A DNA stretch of 64,000 bases from the NCBI GenBank assembly GCA_963812635.1, contig CAWEVV010000007.1:54950-118949 (forward strand). The letters run 5' to 3'. The notes beneath the pieces were generated by a model, which was not told where the DNA came from, did no database searches, and worked only from the letters and a program-made list of their open reading frames with translations. This DNA comes from an uncultured Actinomycetota bacterium. GTDB lineage: Bacteria; Actinomycetota; Thermoleophilia; Solirubrobacterales; Solirubrobacteraceae. Made by a program: the position numbers and the translations under genes. Positions 43,414-53,155 of the stretch are shown piece after piece; position 1 is the first letter of the stretch, and the number at the start of each line of letters is the position of its first letter.

Positions 43414-44010
43414 CTAGGAGCCGCCCGGGGTCGGCTCCGCGGCCTCGCGCAGCACCTGTTCGGCGGCATCGGCACCGCGGTCGATGAGCGTCTGCACCTC
43501 GGCCCGCGGCTCCGTGAACTTCCCCAGGACGTAGGCGGCGACGCGATCGGGATCGGTGGTCGGGGGACGCCCGACGCCGATCCGGACGCGATGAAACTCG
43601 CCGCTGCCCAACGCGGCTTTGAGCGATTTGAGCCCGTTGTGGCCGGCCAGGCCGCCCCCGAGGCGGACGCGGATGTCGCCGAATGGCAGGTCGATCTCGT
43701 CGTGCAGGACGAGGATCCGGTCAAGCTCGACGCGCAGCTCGCCGCGCGCCGGTCCCACCGACCTGCCGGCGTCGTTCATGTAGGTCTGGGGCTCGAGGAT
43801 CGCCACGCGCGGGCCTCCGGGTCCGGCTCGGCCTTCGCTGAGCCGGCCGCGGTAACGCGATCTCGGTTTTCCCAGGTCCCAGCGCTCCCGCAGGCGCTCG
43901 GCGACCGCGAAGCCGACGTTGTGCGGCGTGTCGGAATATTCGGCGCCCGGGTTGCCCAGGCCCACGATCAGCCAGTCGATGGGCGCCCCGCGACGGCGGG
44001 GGAAGGGCAT
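43414..44010 (-). CDS. pth: peptidyl-tRNA hydrolase
   Basis: GLGNPG, HNVGF, YMN, GHNGLKS. Confidence 0.97.
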   Translation of the reverse strand: MPFPRRRGAPIDWLIVGLGNPGAEYSDTPHNVGFAVAERLRERWDLGKPRSRYRGRLSEGRAGPGGPRVAILEPQTYMNDAGRSVGPARGELRVELDRILVLHDEIDLPFGDIRVRLGGGLAGHNGLKSLKAALGSGEFHRVRIGVGRPPTTDPDRVAAYVLGKFTEPRAEVQTLIDRGADAAEQVLREAAEPTPGGS

Positions 44011-44018
44011 GGTGAGCC

Positions 44019-44705
44019 CTACTCGGCGTCGGAATCGGCGGCCGCGTCGGCGGCTTCGCCGCCCTCGGCCGCCTCGGCGCCCTCTTCGCCCTCGCCGACG
44101 ACGCCCGTCTCGGCTTCGATCTCGTCGTCGGACTCGACCTGGAGCCGTGGCGGAGTCAAGGTGGCGATCACCGTCTCGGGATCGTCGAGCAGGGTGACGG
44201 TGCTGGGCGGGCGCAGGGACTCGAGCGACAGCGTGTCGTTGATCTCCATCTCGGACACGTCGTGGGACAGCGAGTCGGGAATATCGGTGGGGAGCGCCTC
44301 GATGTTGAGCTCGCGGGTGACGTGCTCCAGGACGCCGCCCTCCTTGACGCCGGGAGCATCCTCGGCGCCGAGGAGCTCGAGCGCCACCGTCGACTGGATC
44401 TTCACGTCCAGACGGACCCGCAGCAGGTCGACGTGGACGGTAGCTCCGGTGACCGGGTGGCGCACCAGATCCTTGACCACCGCCGGGCTTCCGTCGCCGC
44501 CGGCGATGCTCAGATCGAGCACCGCACCGGCGGTGGCCAGCGCCTGGCGCAGCGTCCGCGCCGGCACCTGGAACGAGATCGGTGCCTCGCCGCCTCCGTA
44601 GAGGACCCCCGGAATGTTGCCGTCGCGGCGCAGCCGCCGCGCGGCGCGGGAGCCGCTGGGCTCACGCGGCGCGACCTGCAGTGCAGTCGATTGATTGCTT
44701 GCCAT
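44019..44705 (-). CDS. rplY: 50S ribosomal protein L25/Ctc
   Basis: RRLRR.G.IPGVLYG, HPVT...HVDL, acidic tail. Confidence 0.97.
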   Translation of the reverse strand: MASNQSTALQVAPREPSGSRAARRLRRDGNIPGVLYGGGEAPISFQVPARTLRQALATAGAVLDLSIAGGDGSPAVVKDLVRHPVTGATVHVDLLRVRLDVKIQSTVALELLGAEDAPGVKEGGVLEHVTRELNIEALPTDIPDSLSHDVSEMEINDTLSLESLRPPSTVTLLDDPETVIATLTPPRLQVESDDEIEAETGVVGEGEEGAEAAEGGEAADAAADSDAE

Positions 44706-44791
44706 CAGCGGCGATCGATGGTAGCGGCCACGGCGTATGAACGTTACGAGAAAGGTGGCGAAGGGGCATAACCCTGCGCTAACCTTGTGCC

Positions 44792-45154
44792 ATGAACGGC
44801 GCGGCGTTGATGCTGTGGATCGCCGGGGTGCACCTTCTGGGGCTGGGCTGTGTGGCGTTGTTGATGTTCCCGGCGCTCAAGGACAACCCGGTGCGCCCTG
44901 ACCGCCGCTCCGACAGCGACGGCGACGAGGGTTGGGGCCGCGGCCCCAAGCGTCCGCCGACTCCGCCGGAGCCGCCCCGGGGCGGGATTCCGCTCCCCGA
45001 TGCGCAGCAGGCTGGGATCCGGCTGCGCGAGCACGGCCGGATGAGCGACCGCCTTCCCCGGCGCGACCGCCGTCCCTCGCGTGAGCCCGCGCGGCGGCCG
45101 GTTCGCACACCCCACCGCTCCAGAAGCGGCGCGGACAGGCTCCGTCGGTCCTAG
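44792..45154 (+). CDS. hypothetical membrane protein with Pro/Arg-rich tail
   Basis: N-terminal TM, then DEGWGRGP..PLPDA. Confidence 0.6.
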   Translation: MNGAALMLWIAGVHLLGLGCVALLMFPALKDNPVRPDRRSDSDGDEGWGRGPKRPPTPPEPPRGGIPLPDAQQAGIRLREHGRMSDRLPRRDRRPSREPARRPVRTPHRSRSGADRLRRS

Positions 45155-45609
45155 AAACGGCGCGGGCAGGCCCCATCGGTCTTGATCCGTGGGCTGACCA
45201 CCAGCAGCTTCACCGTGAACCCCGTCAGCACGTTGCCGGCGTGGCGCACGCGGACGCATTGGGTGCGGGGCAACGAGGATCCCACCAGCCAGGCGAACCG
45301 AGCGGTGCCGAGGGTGGTGGTCAGCGAGAACGTGGAGGACGGCTGGATGGTGGCGATCGAGACCGTTCCGGGATGTCGCAAGGCGGCGCTCACCTGAGCC
45401 GCCCGCATCCGGCAGGCCGGCTCCTGCCGACAACCGGAGATCAGCGCGATGACCCCGGCGGTGTCGCCTCGCGCCTCCGCCCTGACCAGATCCGTGATCG
45501 CGGCCTGCTCCGCGTCCCCGACGCTGAAGGCGCGCGCGAGGATCGCGCTGATGACCAGGAACAGCACGACACCGACGACGATCGAGGCGATCACGTAACG
45601 ACGCCGCAT
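45151..45609 (-). CDS. hypothetical membrane-anchored protein
   Basis: N-terminal TM, four Cys. Confidence 0.65.
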   Translation of the reverse strand: MRRRYVIASIVVGVVLFLVISAILARAFSVGDAEQAAITDLVRAEARGDTAGVIALISGCRQEPACRMRAAQVSAALRHPGTVSIATIQPSSTFSLTTTLGTARFAWLVGSSLPRTQCVRVRHAGNVLTGFTVKLLVVSPRIKTDGACPRRF

Positions 45610-45684
45610 CGGCGGCCACGGTAACCGACGGCCCCTCGGCGGTGCGGCGGCCGTCCAGACGAGGGACGGCCGGGGAGGGTGGGA

Positions 45685-46392
45685 TCAAGGGTCGCTGATC
45701 TCGAGGAAGCGCTCCACCGACGCCTCCTGATGCTCGAGTCGCGCCGCCAGCCGCAGCGCGTGCTCGGCCGCCTGCTCCAGGAAGTCCTCCACGCAGCGTT
45801 CCGGGTCGTCGGCCAGTGGATACACCCGTGACAGGTCCTGTTGGGCGCAGGCGATCCCCATCGGGGGCCGACCGTCGGCGAGCGTCCGGGCGCTGCACAC
45901 GGGGGTGACCACGAGCTGCGAGTCGGTCGCCACCAGCGCCGTCGGCAGCAGACGATGCGCCGGAAGCTTGACCGAGAGCTGGACCGAATGGTCGACCGCG
46001 ACCCCGCTGCCCACCAGCTTGCCGAGCGGTTCACGCCACACCTCGAGGACGGTGTCGGCGCCGACGAGTGCGTCGCGGAGCGCGGTCGCCTGCTCCACGT
46101 AGAGCCGCTCGGCCTCCTGGCGGTCTTCGGCGTCGGCGAGGTCGAGATCGCAGGGCACCCGCAGCAGCTCGCTGGCGGAGACGGTCGCGCCCGCGCCACG
46201 GCTGCCGCACGCGACGTAGGTCTGGAGGGTCCCCAGGTCGCGCCGGCCGTGGAAGATGACCGTCATCGCCTCGCTCAGCGGCAGCCCATCGACCCGGAGC
46301 GAGACCGCAACCGCCGAGGAGTCGTCGAGCAGAGCCCGGCGGAGCAGCTCGTCGGCTGCGCCGGGGTCGCGGTCTGAATCCTCGTCGAGCAT
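45685..46392 (-). CDS. hypothetical protein
   Basis: AGGAGG RBS, globular 235-aa ORF. Confidence 0.75.
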   Translation of the reverse strand: MLDEDSDRDPGAADELLRRALLDDSSAVAVSLRVDGLPLSEAMTVIFHGRRDLGTLQTYVACGSRGAGATVSASELLRVPCDLDLADAEDRQEAERLYVEQATALRDALVGADTVLEVWREPLGKLVGSGVAVDHSVQLSVKLPAHRLLPTALVATDSQLVVTPVCSARTLADGRPPMGIACAQQDLSRVYPLADDPERCVEDFLEQAAEHALRLAARLEHQEASVERFLEISDP

Positions 46393-46555
46393 GGATGGTT
46401 TCCTCCTCTTAACAACGCGGCAACTTCGCCTCTTCATTTACCCAGGTGGGTCGGTCGTTGACAATCGCCAACTGGAGCACTGGCCTACGCCGGGCTGGCC
46501 ATCGGGCGGGGCGGTTCTGCCGGTAATGGATCTCCCGGTAGGCTCCACCGCACCC

Positions 46556-46852
46556 ATGTTCCTCCTCAGGCTCGCCTACAAGCCCATCGCGATCATCGCC
46601 GGGCTGATCGCCGGCCGCCTCAGTCACAACCTGTTCGAGTCGCTGTGGCGCAGAATCGACGACTCGCCGCCGCCCAAGCCCGGAACCGGTCAGGGCAGCG
46701 TGGCCAAGGTGGTCGGCGGCCAGGCCCTCCAGGCCGGGATCGTCGCCGCCGTCGCCGCCGCGGTTGATCGGATGTTCGCCAAGGGGTTTCACCACGTGAT
46801 CGGCATCTGGCCCAAGAAGCCGCCGAAGCCGGAGGACGAGGAGAAGTCCTAG
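46556..46852 (+). CDS. DUF4235-like small membrane protein
   Basis: AYKPIAIIAG...LW...ALQAG...GIWP. Confidence 0.7.
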   Translation: MFLLRLAYKPIAIIAGLIAGRLSHNLFESLWRRIDDSPPPKPGTGQGSVAKVVGGQALQAGIVAAVAAAVDRMFAKGFHHVIGIWPKKPPKPEDEEKS

Positions 46853-47319
46853 CCGGGAGGCGTGGGTGCCTCGGCGGCGGCCGGGGGCGCGGACGTGGCC
46901 TCGGGCAGGTGCCAGAGCTCCAGACCGGCGCGGGCCCAATCGGGGATCGGCGTCTTGGACCCGGTGGCCGAGTCGACGAACACGTGTCGGATCTTGGCCC
47001 GCAGCAGCGGCTCGTCGTCGGCCCGTTGGAACCGGTGCTCCGAGGTGACGCTGGTCGTTCCCAGGCGTCGCACGATCGCCTCCAGGGTCACCTCCTCGTC
47101 GAACCGAGCGGCGCCGAGGAAGCGCATGTTGACCTCGGCGACGACGATGTCGACCCCGCGCTCGAGCATCCTCTGGTACCCGCCATAGGCTTCGCGCCAC
47201 ATCTCGGTGATCGTGTGATCGATGTAGGTCAGGTAGTTGGCGTTGAACAGCACTCCCTGCGGGTCGCACTCCGAGTAGCGGACGCGGAGGCGGTGCACGA
47301 AGGGTGCCGGCTCAGCCAC
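46849..47319 (-). CDS. acyl-CoA thioesterase (YbgC/4HBT hotdog fold)
   Basis: RVRYSECDPQGVLFNANY, ARFDE, RLGTTS. Confidence 0.9.
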   Translation of the reverse strand: MAEPAPFVHRLRVRYSECDPQGVLFNANYLTYIDHTITEMWREAYGGYQRMLERGVDIVVAEVNMRFLGAARFDEEVTLEAIVRRLGTTSVTSEHRFQRADDEPLLRAKIRHVFVDSATGSKTPIPDWARAGLELWHLPEATSAPPAAAEAPTPPG

Positions 47320-47668
47320 CGGGTGCGCCTCCGCCCCGGAGAACGAACCCCCGATCGGCGAGCTGGGCCAGCGCGTCCTCAAACGCGCCGAAGTCGCGGC
47401 CGGTCAAAGCGTCGATCGGCCGTCCGCCCGGCCCGGCGGCCCGGACCCAGCGGCGGAGCACGGTCGCCCCGGCGCGCTCCTCGGCATCGTCGAGCAGGTC
47501 CAGCAGAATCGGCAGCTCGGGACGATGGTCAAGCTGGCCGGAGAGGAGCGTCAGCGGGTCGACGCCGAGCGTCGCGCACAGCTCATCCTCGCTCAGGCCG
47601 AGCAGATCCAACAGGCGCGCCGCCCGCCCGCTGTGTCGGGCGCCGCGGGAACGCGGGTCCTCGGCCAT
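47312..47668 (-). CDS. hypothetical protein, weakly Xre/MbcA antitoxin-like
   Basis: LGLSEDELCATLGVD HTH-like; RRWVR..PGGRPIDAL. Confidence 0.55.
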   Translation of the reverse strand: MAEDPRSRGARHSGRAARLLDLLGLSEDELCATLGVDPLTLLSGQLDHRPELPILLDLLDDAEERAGATVLRRWVRAAGPGGRPIDALTGRDFGAFEDALAQLADRGFVLRGGGAPGG

Positions 47669-47713
47669 CGCGCCTAGAGGTCCTCGGCCATCGCGCCTAG
47701 AGGTCCTCGGCCA
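47656..47713. repeat. 23-bp tandem repeat x2.5 spanning a start codon
   Basis: GGTCCTCGGCCATCGCGCCTAGA twice plus a partial copy. Confidence 0.9.
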
Positions 47714-48337
47714 CTCCGCCTCGAACAGCTGGCTGTTTCCCCACCGTTGCGGGCGCGCACCTGGATCAGGCTACCCGGGCGCGGATCGGCCGAGATCTCT
47801 CGCCGCCACGGAAGCTCCGCCTGCCGTCGACCGTTGGTTTCGTGCCGCGGTCGGCTGGGCCGCTGTGAGGGATGCCGGTCGTGCCGGTCGTGCCAGTTGG
47901 CGGCCGGCACGGAGATCGCAGACACGGAGGTAGCCCGATCAGACGTCTCGCGTCATCCTGGCGGTAGCCGGGGGCTATGTCTTGCCGGCCGCGGCGCTTG
48001 CCAATCATGTCGTTTCGGTGGTGCTCGGACGGCGATCGAGCGAGCTGCGGGCACGTCCTCCCGTACCCTGGCGTCCTGTTCAACGACCGTCGCGCCTCGA
48101 AGGGTTCAGCCGGTCGCGATCGCCACCTGGCGGTCGTGCAGATCGCTGAGACCTCGCCGGTCTGACCGCCTGGCGCGTCGCGGGGGCGCCTGGCGAACGT
48201 CAAGCGGCCCGGCGCTTAGCGAAACGCCAGGGCGTGGTCGCGGACGTGCAACCGCCCCTGGTCCGCCGGGTAACCGGCGGTTCATATCTTGAACGCGTTA
48301 TTCTGCGCGAGCAGGCAGGCCCGACGACGGCGCGATA

Positions 48338-49132
48338 GTGGCGAGATTCCTCCTTGTGAACGTCCCGACCGTGTGGCTCGGGGTCGGAGTGGTGTTGATC
48401 TGTGTCGGGCTGTCATTGCTCGGCCTCTGGGTCGTACGCAAGAGCGTGGAGCTGGAGAAGTTCGAGGCCCAACATGAGGTCGCCGGCTTCCTGATCGCGG
48501 TGGTCGGCGTGATCTACGCGGTGCTGCTTGCGTTCATCGTGATCATCGTGTGGGAGCAATTCGTCGCCGCCGAGAACGCCGCGGGCGACGAGGCGTCCTC
48601 GGTGGGCAGCCTGTACCGGGATGGAGTCGCCCTGGGCGGCGAGGGTCAGGCGCTGCGCGTAGCGGTGCAGCGATATGCCGTCAGCATCGCGGATGACGAA
48701 TGGCCCTACATGGCCACCCATCTCGAGGAGGATCCCCGCACCGACGCGCCCCTGAATGGGGTCTGGGCCGCGGTCACGAGGCTCCAAGCGAAGAACGCCA
48801 CCGATGCAGCCTTCGTCCAACATGCGGTCACCGAAGTCGCCACCGCGACCCAAGACCGACGCACTCGAGTGCGCGACAGCGCGAGCCAGATACCAGGCCC
48901 ACTTTGGCTCGTCCTGATCGGGGGTGGGGCGATCACGGTCGCCTTCACTTACTTCTTCGGACTCGAGCGCTTCCGTGCCCAAGCCATCATGGTGGCGGCG
49001 CTCTCAGCAGTCATCGCGCTTTCGTTACTGACGATCTTGACGCTGGATCTGCCGTTCACCGGCGGTGTCGCAGTCAAGCCGGAGGCGATGCGGGCGGAAA
49101 TCGCCGAGTTTCCGGCTTACAACTTCCGCTAG
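48338..49132 (+). CDS. DUF4239-type membrane protein
   Basis: GVIYAVLLAF..VW, EA..., DEWP, LDLPFTG; contains a TTA codon. Confidence 0.8.
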   Translation: MARFLLVNVPTVWLGVGVVLICVGLSLLGLWVVRKSVELEKFEAQHEVAGFLIAVVGVIYAVLLAFIVIIVWEQFVAAENAAGDEASSVGSLYRDGVALGGEGQALRVAVQRYAVSIADDEWPYMATHLEEDPRTDAPLNGVWAAVTRLQAKNATDAAFVQHAVTEVATATQDRRTRVRDSASQIPGPLWLVLIGGGAITVAFTYFFGLERFRAQAIMVAALSAVIALSLLTILTLDLPFTGGVAVKPEAMRAEIAEFPAYNFR

Positions 49133-49380
49133 CGCGGTCTACGGGGACGGGCCGGGCGCCGACCATCTGCTGCGCTTGCTCGGGAAGCTCGAGCAGCTGC
49201 ATCCGTACGTGATTCGAGCCTTGGGCCACCCCAGTGTTTGGATCGGCCTCAACGTCCGTCTCCCGGCCAACCAAACGACCTCAGATACCTCACCGGACTC
49301 GCCCACCAGCTCGTGCTCACATGCCTCGCCGCCACCCTCGGCGTCATCTCTGGGTTGAGCCGGACCGCCCTCACGCCTTC

Positions 49381-49451
49381 GCAGCGAATGCAGCGAATGC
49401 AGCGAACGCAGCGAACGCGGCGAACGCGGCGAACGCGGCGAACGCGGCGAA
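49381..49451. repeat. 9-bp tandem repeat x8 (GCRGCGAAY)
   Basis: GCAGCGAAT x2, GCAGCGAAC x2, GCGGCGAAC x3, GCGGCGAA. Confidence 0.95.
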
Positions 49452-49852
49452 GCGTGTCCCGGATCTCCACCTGTCAACACCAAAGCCCACACCCCGGGCG
49501 AAATCCACCACACCCCGGCAGGATGGGTGGGGCGGGGGCGATTTGCCCCTATCCGGGACCGGGGCGCCACACCGCTTCCCGGCGGCGCCGGTGTGGGCGA
49601 TTTGTGCCGCTCGGCCGGGGGCAGCGAGGCGGCGTGACGAGCCGGCTGGCGCCGGGCTCGCCCGAGCCGGCGCCGAGGCTGGTGACCCGCACCAGCGCGA
49701 GCCGTCGACTGGCGGTGTCGCCGCCGCTGTCGCTCAGCGGCTCAACGCGATCGGCCGGCTGGCCGACGAGGATCACGACCTGCTGTATCGCCTGACCGCA
49801 GCCGGCCCAACATGCCTACTCGCGGGCATGTTCAGCGTACGAGCGCGTTCGT

Positions 49853-50872
49853 CTAGAACAACTGGTTCTCGCCGCCGAAAACGTCGCTGACCGAGCCATC
49901 GGTGAAGATCTGGCGGATCGAGTTGGTCAGCAGGTCGGCGCACGAGAGGGTGCGGACGTTGCTCGGTGCGCCCGGCGGGAGCGGCAGCGTGTCGGTGACG
50001 ACAATCTGCTCGAAGCCGGCGGCAGCGAGGTTCTCCCAGGCGTTGCCCGAGAACACGCCGTGGGTGGCGGCGGCATAGACCCGGCGGGCGCCGGCCTCGA
50101 GCACGGCGTGAGACGCCGCCTTGAGCGTGCCCGCGGTGTCGATCAGGTCGTCGACCAGCAGCGCCGTCTTGCCCGCGACCTCACCGATGACGTAGCCGAT
50201 CTCTGCCACCTGCTGCGCCGGACGCTCCTTGTTGAGGATCGCCAGGTCGGCGCCGATCTTGTGCGCGAAGTTCTTGTTCAGCTTCACGCGGCCGACGTCC
50301 GGGGAGACGACGACCAGGTCCTCCAGACCGAGATCGGAGAAGTACTGGGTGAGCATGAACAGGGCCGTCATGTGGTCGCACGGCTTCTGGAAGAAGCCCT
50401 GGATCTGGCCCGAGTGCAGGTCCATCGTGAGGATCCGGTCGATCCCCGCGGACTCGAGCATGCGCGCCACCAGCCGGGCGCTGATCGGCTCGCGCGGGGC
50501 GGACTTCTTGTCCTGGCGGGAGTAGCCGTACCACGGGGTGACGGCGATCACCCGGTGCGCGGATCCGCCGACAGCGGCATCGATCATCTCCAGCAGCTCC
50601 ATCAGCGCATCGTTGGCGCTCAGCCCGGTGTACGGGTTGCCGCAGATCGGCTGCACGATGAACACGTCGGCGCCCCGAACCGACTCCCGATAGCGGCAGT
50701 AGACCTCGCCGTTGGAGAACGTCTTGGTGATCACCTCGCTGAGCTCGACGCCCAGCTTCGACGCGATCTTGGCCGCCAGCTCGGGGTTGGCGCGGCCGGC
50801 GACGAGCATCAGGCGCTTCTCGGAGCCGAGTCGCATGTCGGTAGGGGCCACCTCCGTCGGGATGACACTCAT
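49853..50872 (-). CDS. prs: ribose-phosphate diphosphokinase
   Basis: FSNGE, YGYSRQDKK, DLHSGQIQGFF, DDLIDTAGT; GGAGG RBS. Confidence 0.98.
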   Translation of the reverse strand: MSVIPTEVAPTDMRLGSEKRLMLVAGRANPELAAKIASKLGVELSEVITKTFSNGEVYCRYRESVRGADVFIVQPICGNPYTGLSANDALMELLEMIDAAVGGSAHRVIAVTPWYGYSRQDKKSAPREPISARLVARMLESAGIDRILTMDLHSGQIQGFFQKPCDHMTALFMLTQYFSDLGLEDLVVVSPDVGRVKLNKNFAHKIGADLAILNKERPAQQVAEIGYVIGEVAGKTALLVDDLIDTAGTLKAASHAVLEAGARRVYAAATHGVFSGNAWENLAAAGFEQIVVTDTLPLPPGAPSNVRTLSCADLLTNSIRQIFTDGSVSDVFGGENQLF

Positions 50873-50916
50873 CGCGCCTCCGAGTTTATTCCCGGTCGCC
50901 GACGATCCGGTCGCGC

Positions 50917-52329
50917 TCATGACTCATCTTGGGGGTCGGCTGCCGCCTGCTCGCGGCGGCGCGCAGCGTAGCCGTCGACGTTTCGCTGCTGGGCGCGAGC
51001 CACCCCGGGGGATCCGGCGAGCGCCCCCGGCGGGACGTCCTTGCCGATCACCGAGCCGGCCGCGGTGAACGCGTCGTCGCCGATCGACACCGGCGCGACG
51101 AAGGTGGTGTCGACGCTGGTCTTGACCCGGTCTCCGATGGAGGTGCGGTGCTTGCGAAAGCCGTCGTAGTTGGCGGTGATCGTGCTCGCGCCCAGGTTGG
51201 TCTGCTCGCCGATGTCCGCGTCGCCCACGTACGACAGGTGGGGCACCTTGGTCCCGCGGCCGACGTCCGAGTTCTTGATCTCGACGAACGTGCCCGCTTT
51301 TGACCCGTCACGCAGCCTGGTCCCGGGCCGCAGGTAGGCGAACGGACCGACGCTGACCCCGTCCCCGACAATGGCGCGATCGAGGTAGGAGTGCACGATC
51401 CTGGACCCTTTCCCGATCTCGGCGTCCAATACCGTGCTGTGGGGCCCGACCATCGACCGCTCGCCGATGCTCGTGGCGCCGTGCAGGCTGGTGAACGGAG
51501 CGACCTGGACATCTTGCGCGATCGACACTCCGGCGTCGATCACGGTCGCCCCCGGATTGACGATCGTGACGCCGGCCAGCATGTGGCGCTCACAGATCTG
51601 CCGCTGCGCCACCGCGGTCACCGCCGCCAGCTGGCGGCGATCGTTGACCTGGAGCAGCTCCTCGGGATCGCCGAGCTCGAACGCCACCACCGTCCGCTCC
51701 AGCTCGCGGAGGATCGGCAGCACGTCGGGCAGATAGTGCTCGCCCTGGGCGTTGTCGGCGCGGACCTCCTGCAGCGCGGCCGTCAGCGCGCCGGCGTCGA
51801 ACGCAAACATGCCGGTGTTGACCTCGCGGATGTGCAGCTCGAGCGCCGTGGCGTCGCCCGTCGCCTTCGTCTCGGCGACCCGCTCCACGGTTCCGTCCGG
51901 GGCCCGGATCACGCGGCCGTAGCCGGCGGGATCGTCGAGCACCATGGTCGCGATCGTCGCCGCGGCCCCGGTCCGCTCGTGGCTGTCCACCAGCGCCCGC
52001 AGCGACTCCGGGGTGATCAGCGGCGCGTCGCCGTTGATCACCACGACGGTGCCGTTCGATCCGATCTCGCCTGCCGCCGCCCGCACCGCGTCTGCCGTGC
52101 CCAATGGTCGTTCCTGGACCGCCAGCGCCACCCCGTCCGGCAGCTCCGCCTCCAGCCCTCGCTGCGGCGAGTCGACCACGACCACCTTCCCGGCGTCCGC
52201 CGCCTGTGCGGCGGCGATCGGCCATTGCACCAACGGCCTCCCGCAGAGCGGGTGCAGCAGCTTCGGCACCGCCGAGCGCATGCGCGTGCCCTGCCCAGCG
52301 GCCAGGATGACGACGACGGGCGCGGTCAC
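50917..52329 (-). CDS. glmU: bifunctional UDP-GlcNAc pyrophosphorylase / glucosamine-1-P acetyltransferase
   Basis: LAAGQGTRM, GYGRV, GPFAYLRP, HLSYVGDA, NYDG. Confidence 0.98.
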   Translation of the reverse strand: MTAPVVVILAAGQGTRMRSAVPKLLHPLCGRPLVQWPIAAAQAADAGKVVVVDSPQRGLEAELPDGVALAVQERPLGTADAVRAAAGEIGSNGTVVVINGDAPLITPESLRALVDSHERTGAAATIATMVLDDPAGYGRVIRAPDGTVERVAETKATGDATALELHIREVNTGMFAFDAGALTAALQEVRADNAQGEHYLPDVLPILRELERTVVAFELGDPEELLQVNDRRQLAAVTAVAQRQICERHMLAGVTIVNPGATVIDAGVSIAQDVQVAPFTSLHGATSIGERSMVGPHSTVLDAEIGKGSRIVHSYLDRAIVGDGVSVGPFAYLRPGTRLRDGSKAGTFVEIKNSDVGRGTKVPHLSYVGDADIGEQTNLGASTITANYDGFRKHRTSIGDRVKTSVDTTFVAPVSIGDDAFTAAGSVIGKDVPPGALAGSPGVARAQQRNVDGYAARRREQAAADPQDES

Positions 52330-52347
52330 GGACAGATCGTATGCGCC

Positions 52348-53103
52348 TCACGCGGCTTGTGCCTCGTCCTCGACATCACGAGGCCGCTCGTACCAGCGGA
52401 TCCACTTGCGGACCGCGTTGTCGGAAACGCCGTATTTGCGGCCGACCGCGACAAAGCTCATCCACTCGAGATCGTCGACGAGCTGCTCATAGCTCGGCCG
52501 GACGACCTTACGTGACCCTGGCCGAGCCTCACGGCTGCGGGGGTAACGCGACCCGCAGGCCTGGGAGCAGTATCGCTGGCGGCCATACCTGGGCAAGAAC
52601 TCCGAGCCGCAACGAAGACAGGGGCGCAGCTCGAGCCGGATCCGGTTCTTCCGGCCACAGTGGGTTTCTAACGTCGCCGCACAGTTTGGGCAGACGATCC
52701 GCAGGTTCTCGATGCGGTTGTCGTCGCCGACGCCGTTGATGTGGTCAAGGATCAGCGCCAGGCGCCGCCCCCGCCACAGCTCACCCTGGCCACACAGCTC
52801 GCATGCCCGCGTCTTCAGGCCGGTCTCGAACAGCCGGTTCTTCAGCTTTCCGCGGCAATAGGTCGAGGCCTCAACGAGAAGGTTCTCGAGTGGGATCCTC
52901 GATCGTACGCGTGTCCCACGCAGCACCCAATTGGGATCGAAGTGGTCGATTGAAATTCCGTAGTGCGCGGTCAGCTTCTCCAGCGTCTGGAAGTTTCCGC
53001 CCGCCGGGCGCAGACCAAGGCGCCGCAGTGCTCCCGACTGGCTCACGGAGCTCTCGACCGCCTCTCGGACCTCGATCTCGGTGTAACCGGGAATCCATGG
53101 CAT
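52348..53103 (-). CDS. HNH endonuclease-domain protein with N-terminal helical domain, zinc finger and C-terminal HTH
   Basis: CELCG, LDHING..DNRIENLRIVCPNC, CLRC..YCSQAC, VGRKYGVSDNAVRKW. Confidence 0.88.
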   Translation of the reverse strand: MPWIPGYTEIEVREAVESSVSQSGALRRLGLRPAGGNFQTLEKLTAHYGISIDHFDPNWVLRGTRVRSRIPLENLLVEASTYCRGKLKNRLFETGLKTRACELCGQGELWRGRRLALILDHINGVGDDNRIENLRIVCPNCAATLETHCGRKNRIRLELRPCLRCGSEFLPRYGRQRYCSQACGSRYPRSREARPGSRKVVRPSYEQLVDDLEWMSFVAVGRKYGVSDNAVRKWIRWYERPRDVEDEAQAA

Positions 53104-53106
53104 ACC

Positions 53107-53120
53107 CGAACACTAGTTCG
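53107..53120. promoter_or_regulatory. LexA (SOS) box overlapping a leaderless -10 element
   Basis: Perfect CGAAC-ACTA-GTTCG; minus-strand TAGTGT 6 nt before the HNH ATG. Confidence 0.85.
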
Positions 53121-53155
53121 TGTGTCGGACGGAAAAGGCGTTGCCGAGCATGAGG

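Noticed and set aside
49139-49890. Protein with AAN or RSP repeats
   Set aside because: These are translations of the 9-bp DNA repeat in different frames; no RBS or recognisable domain
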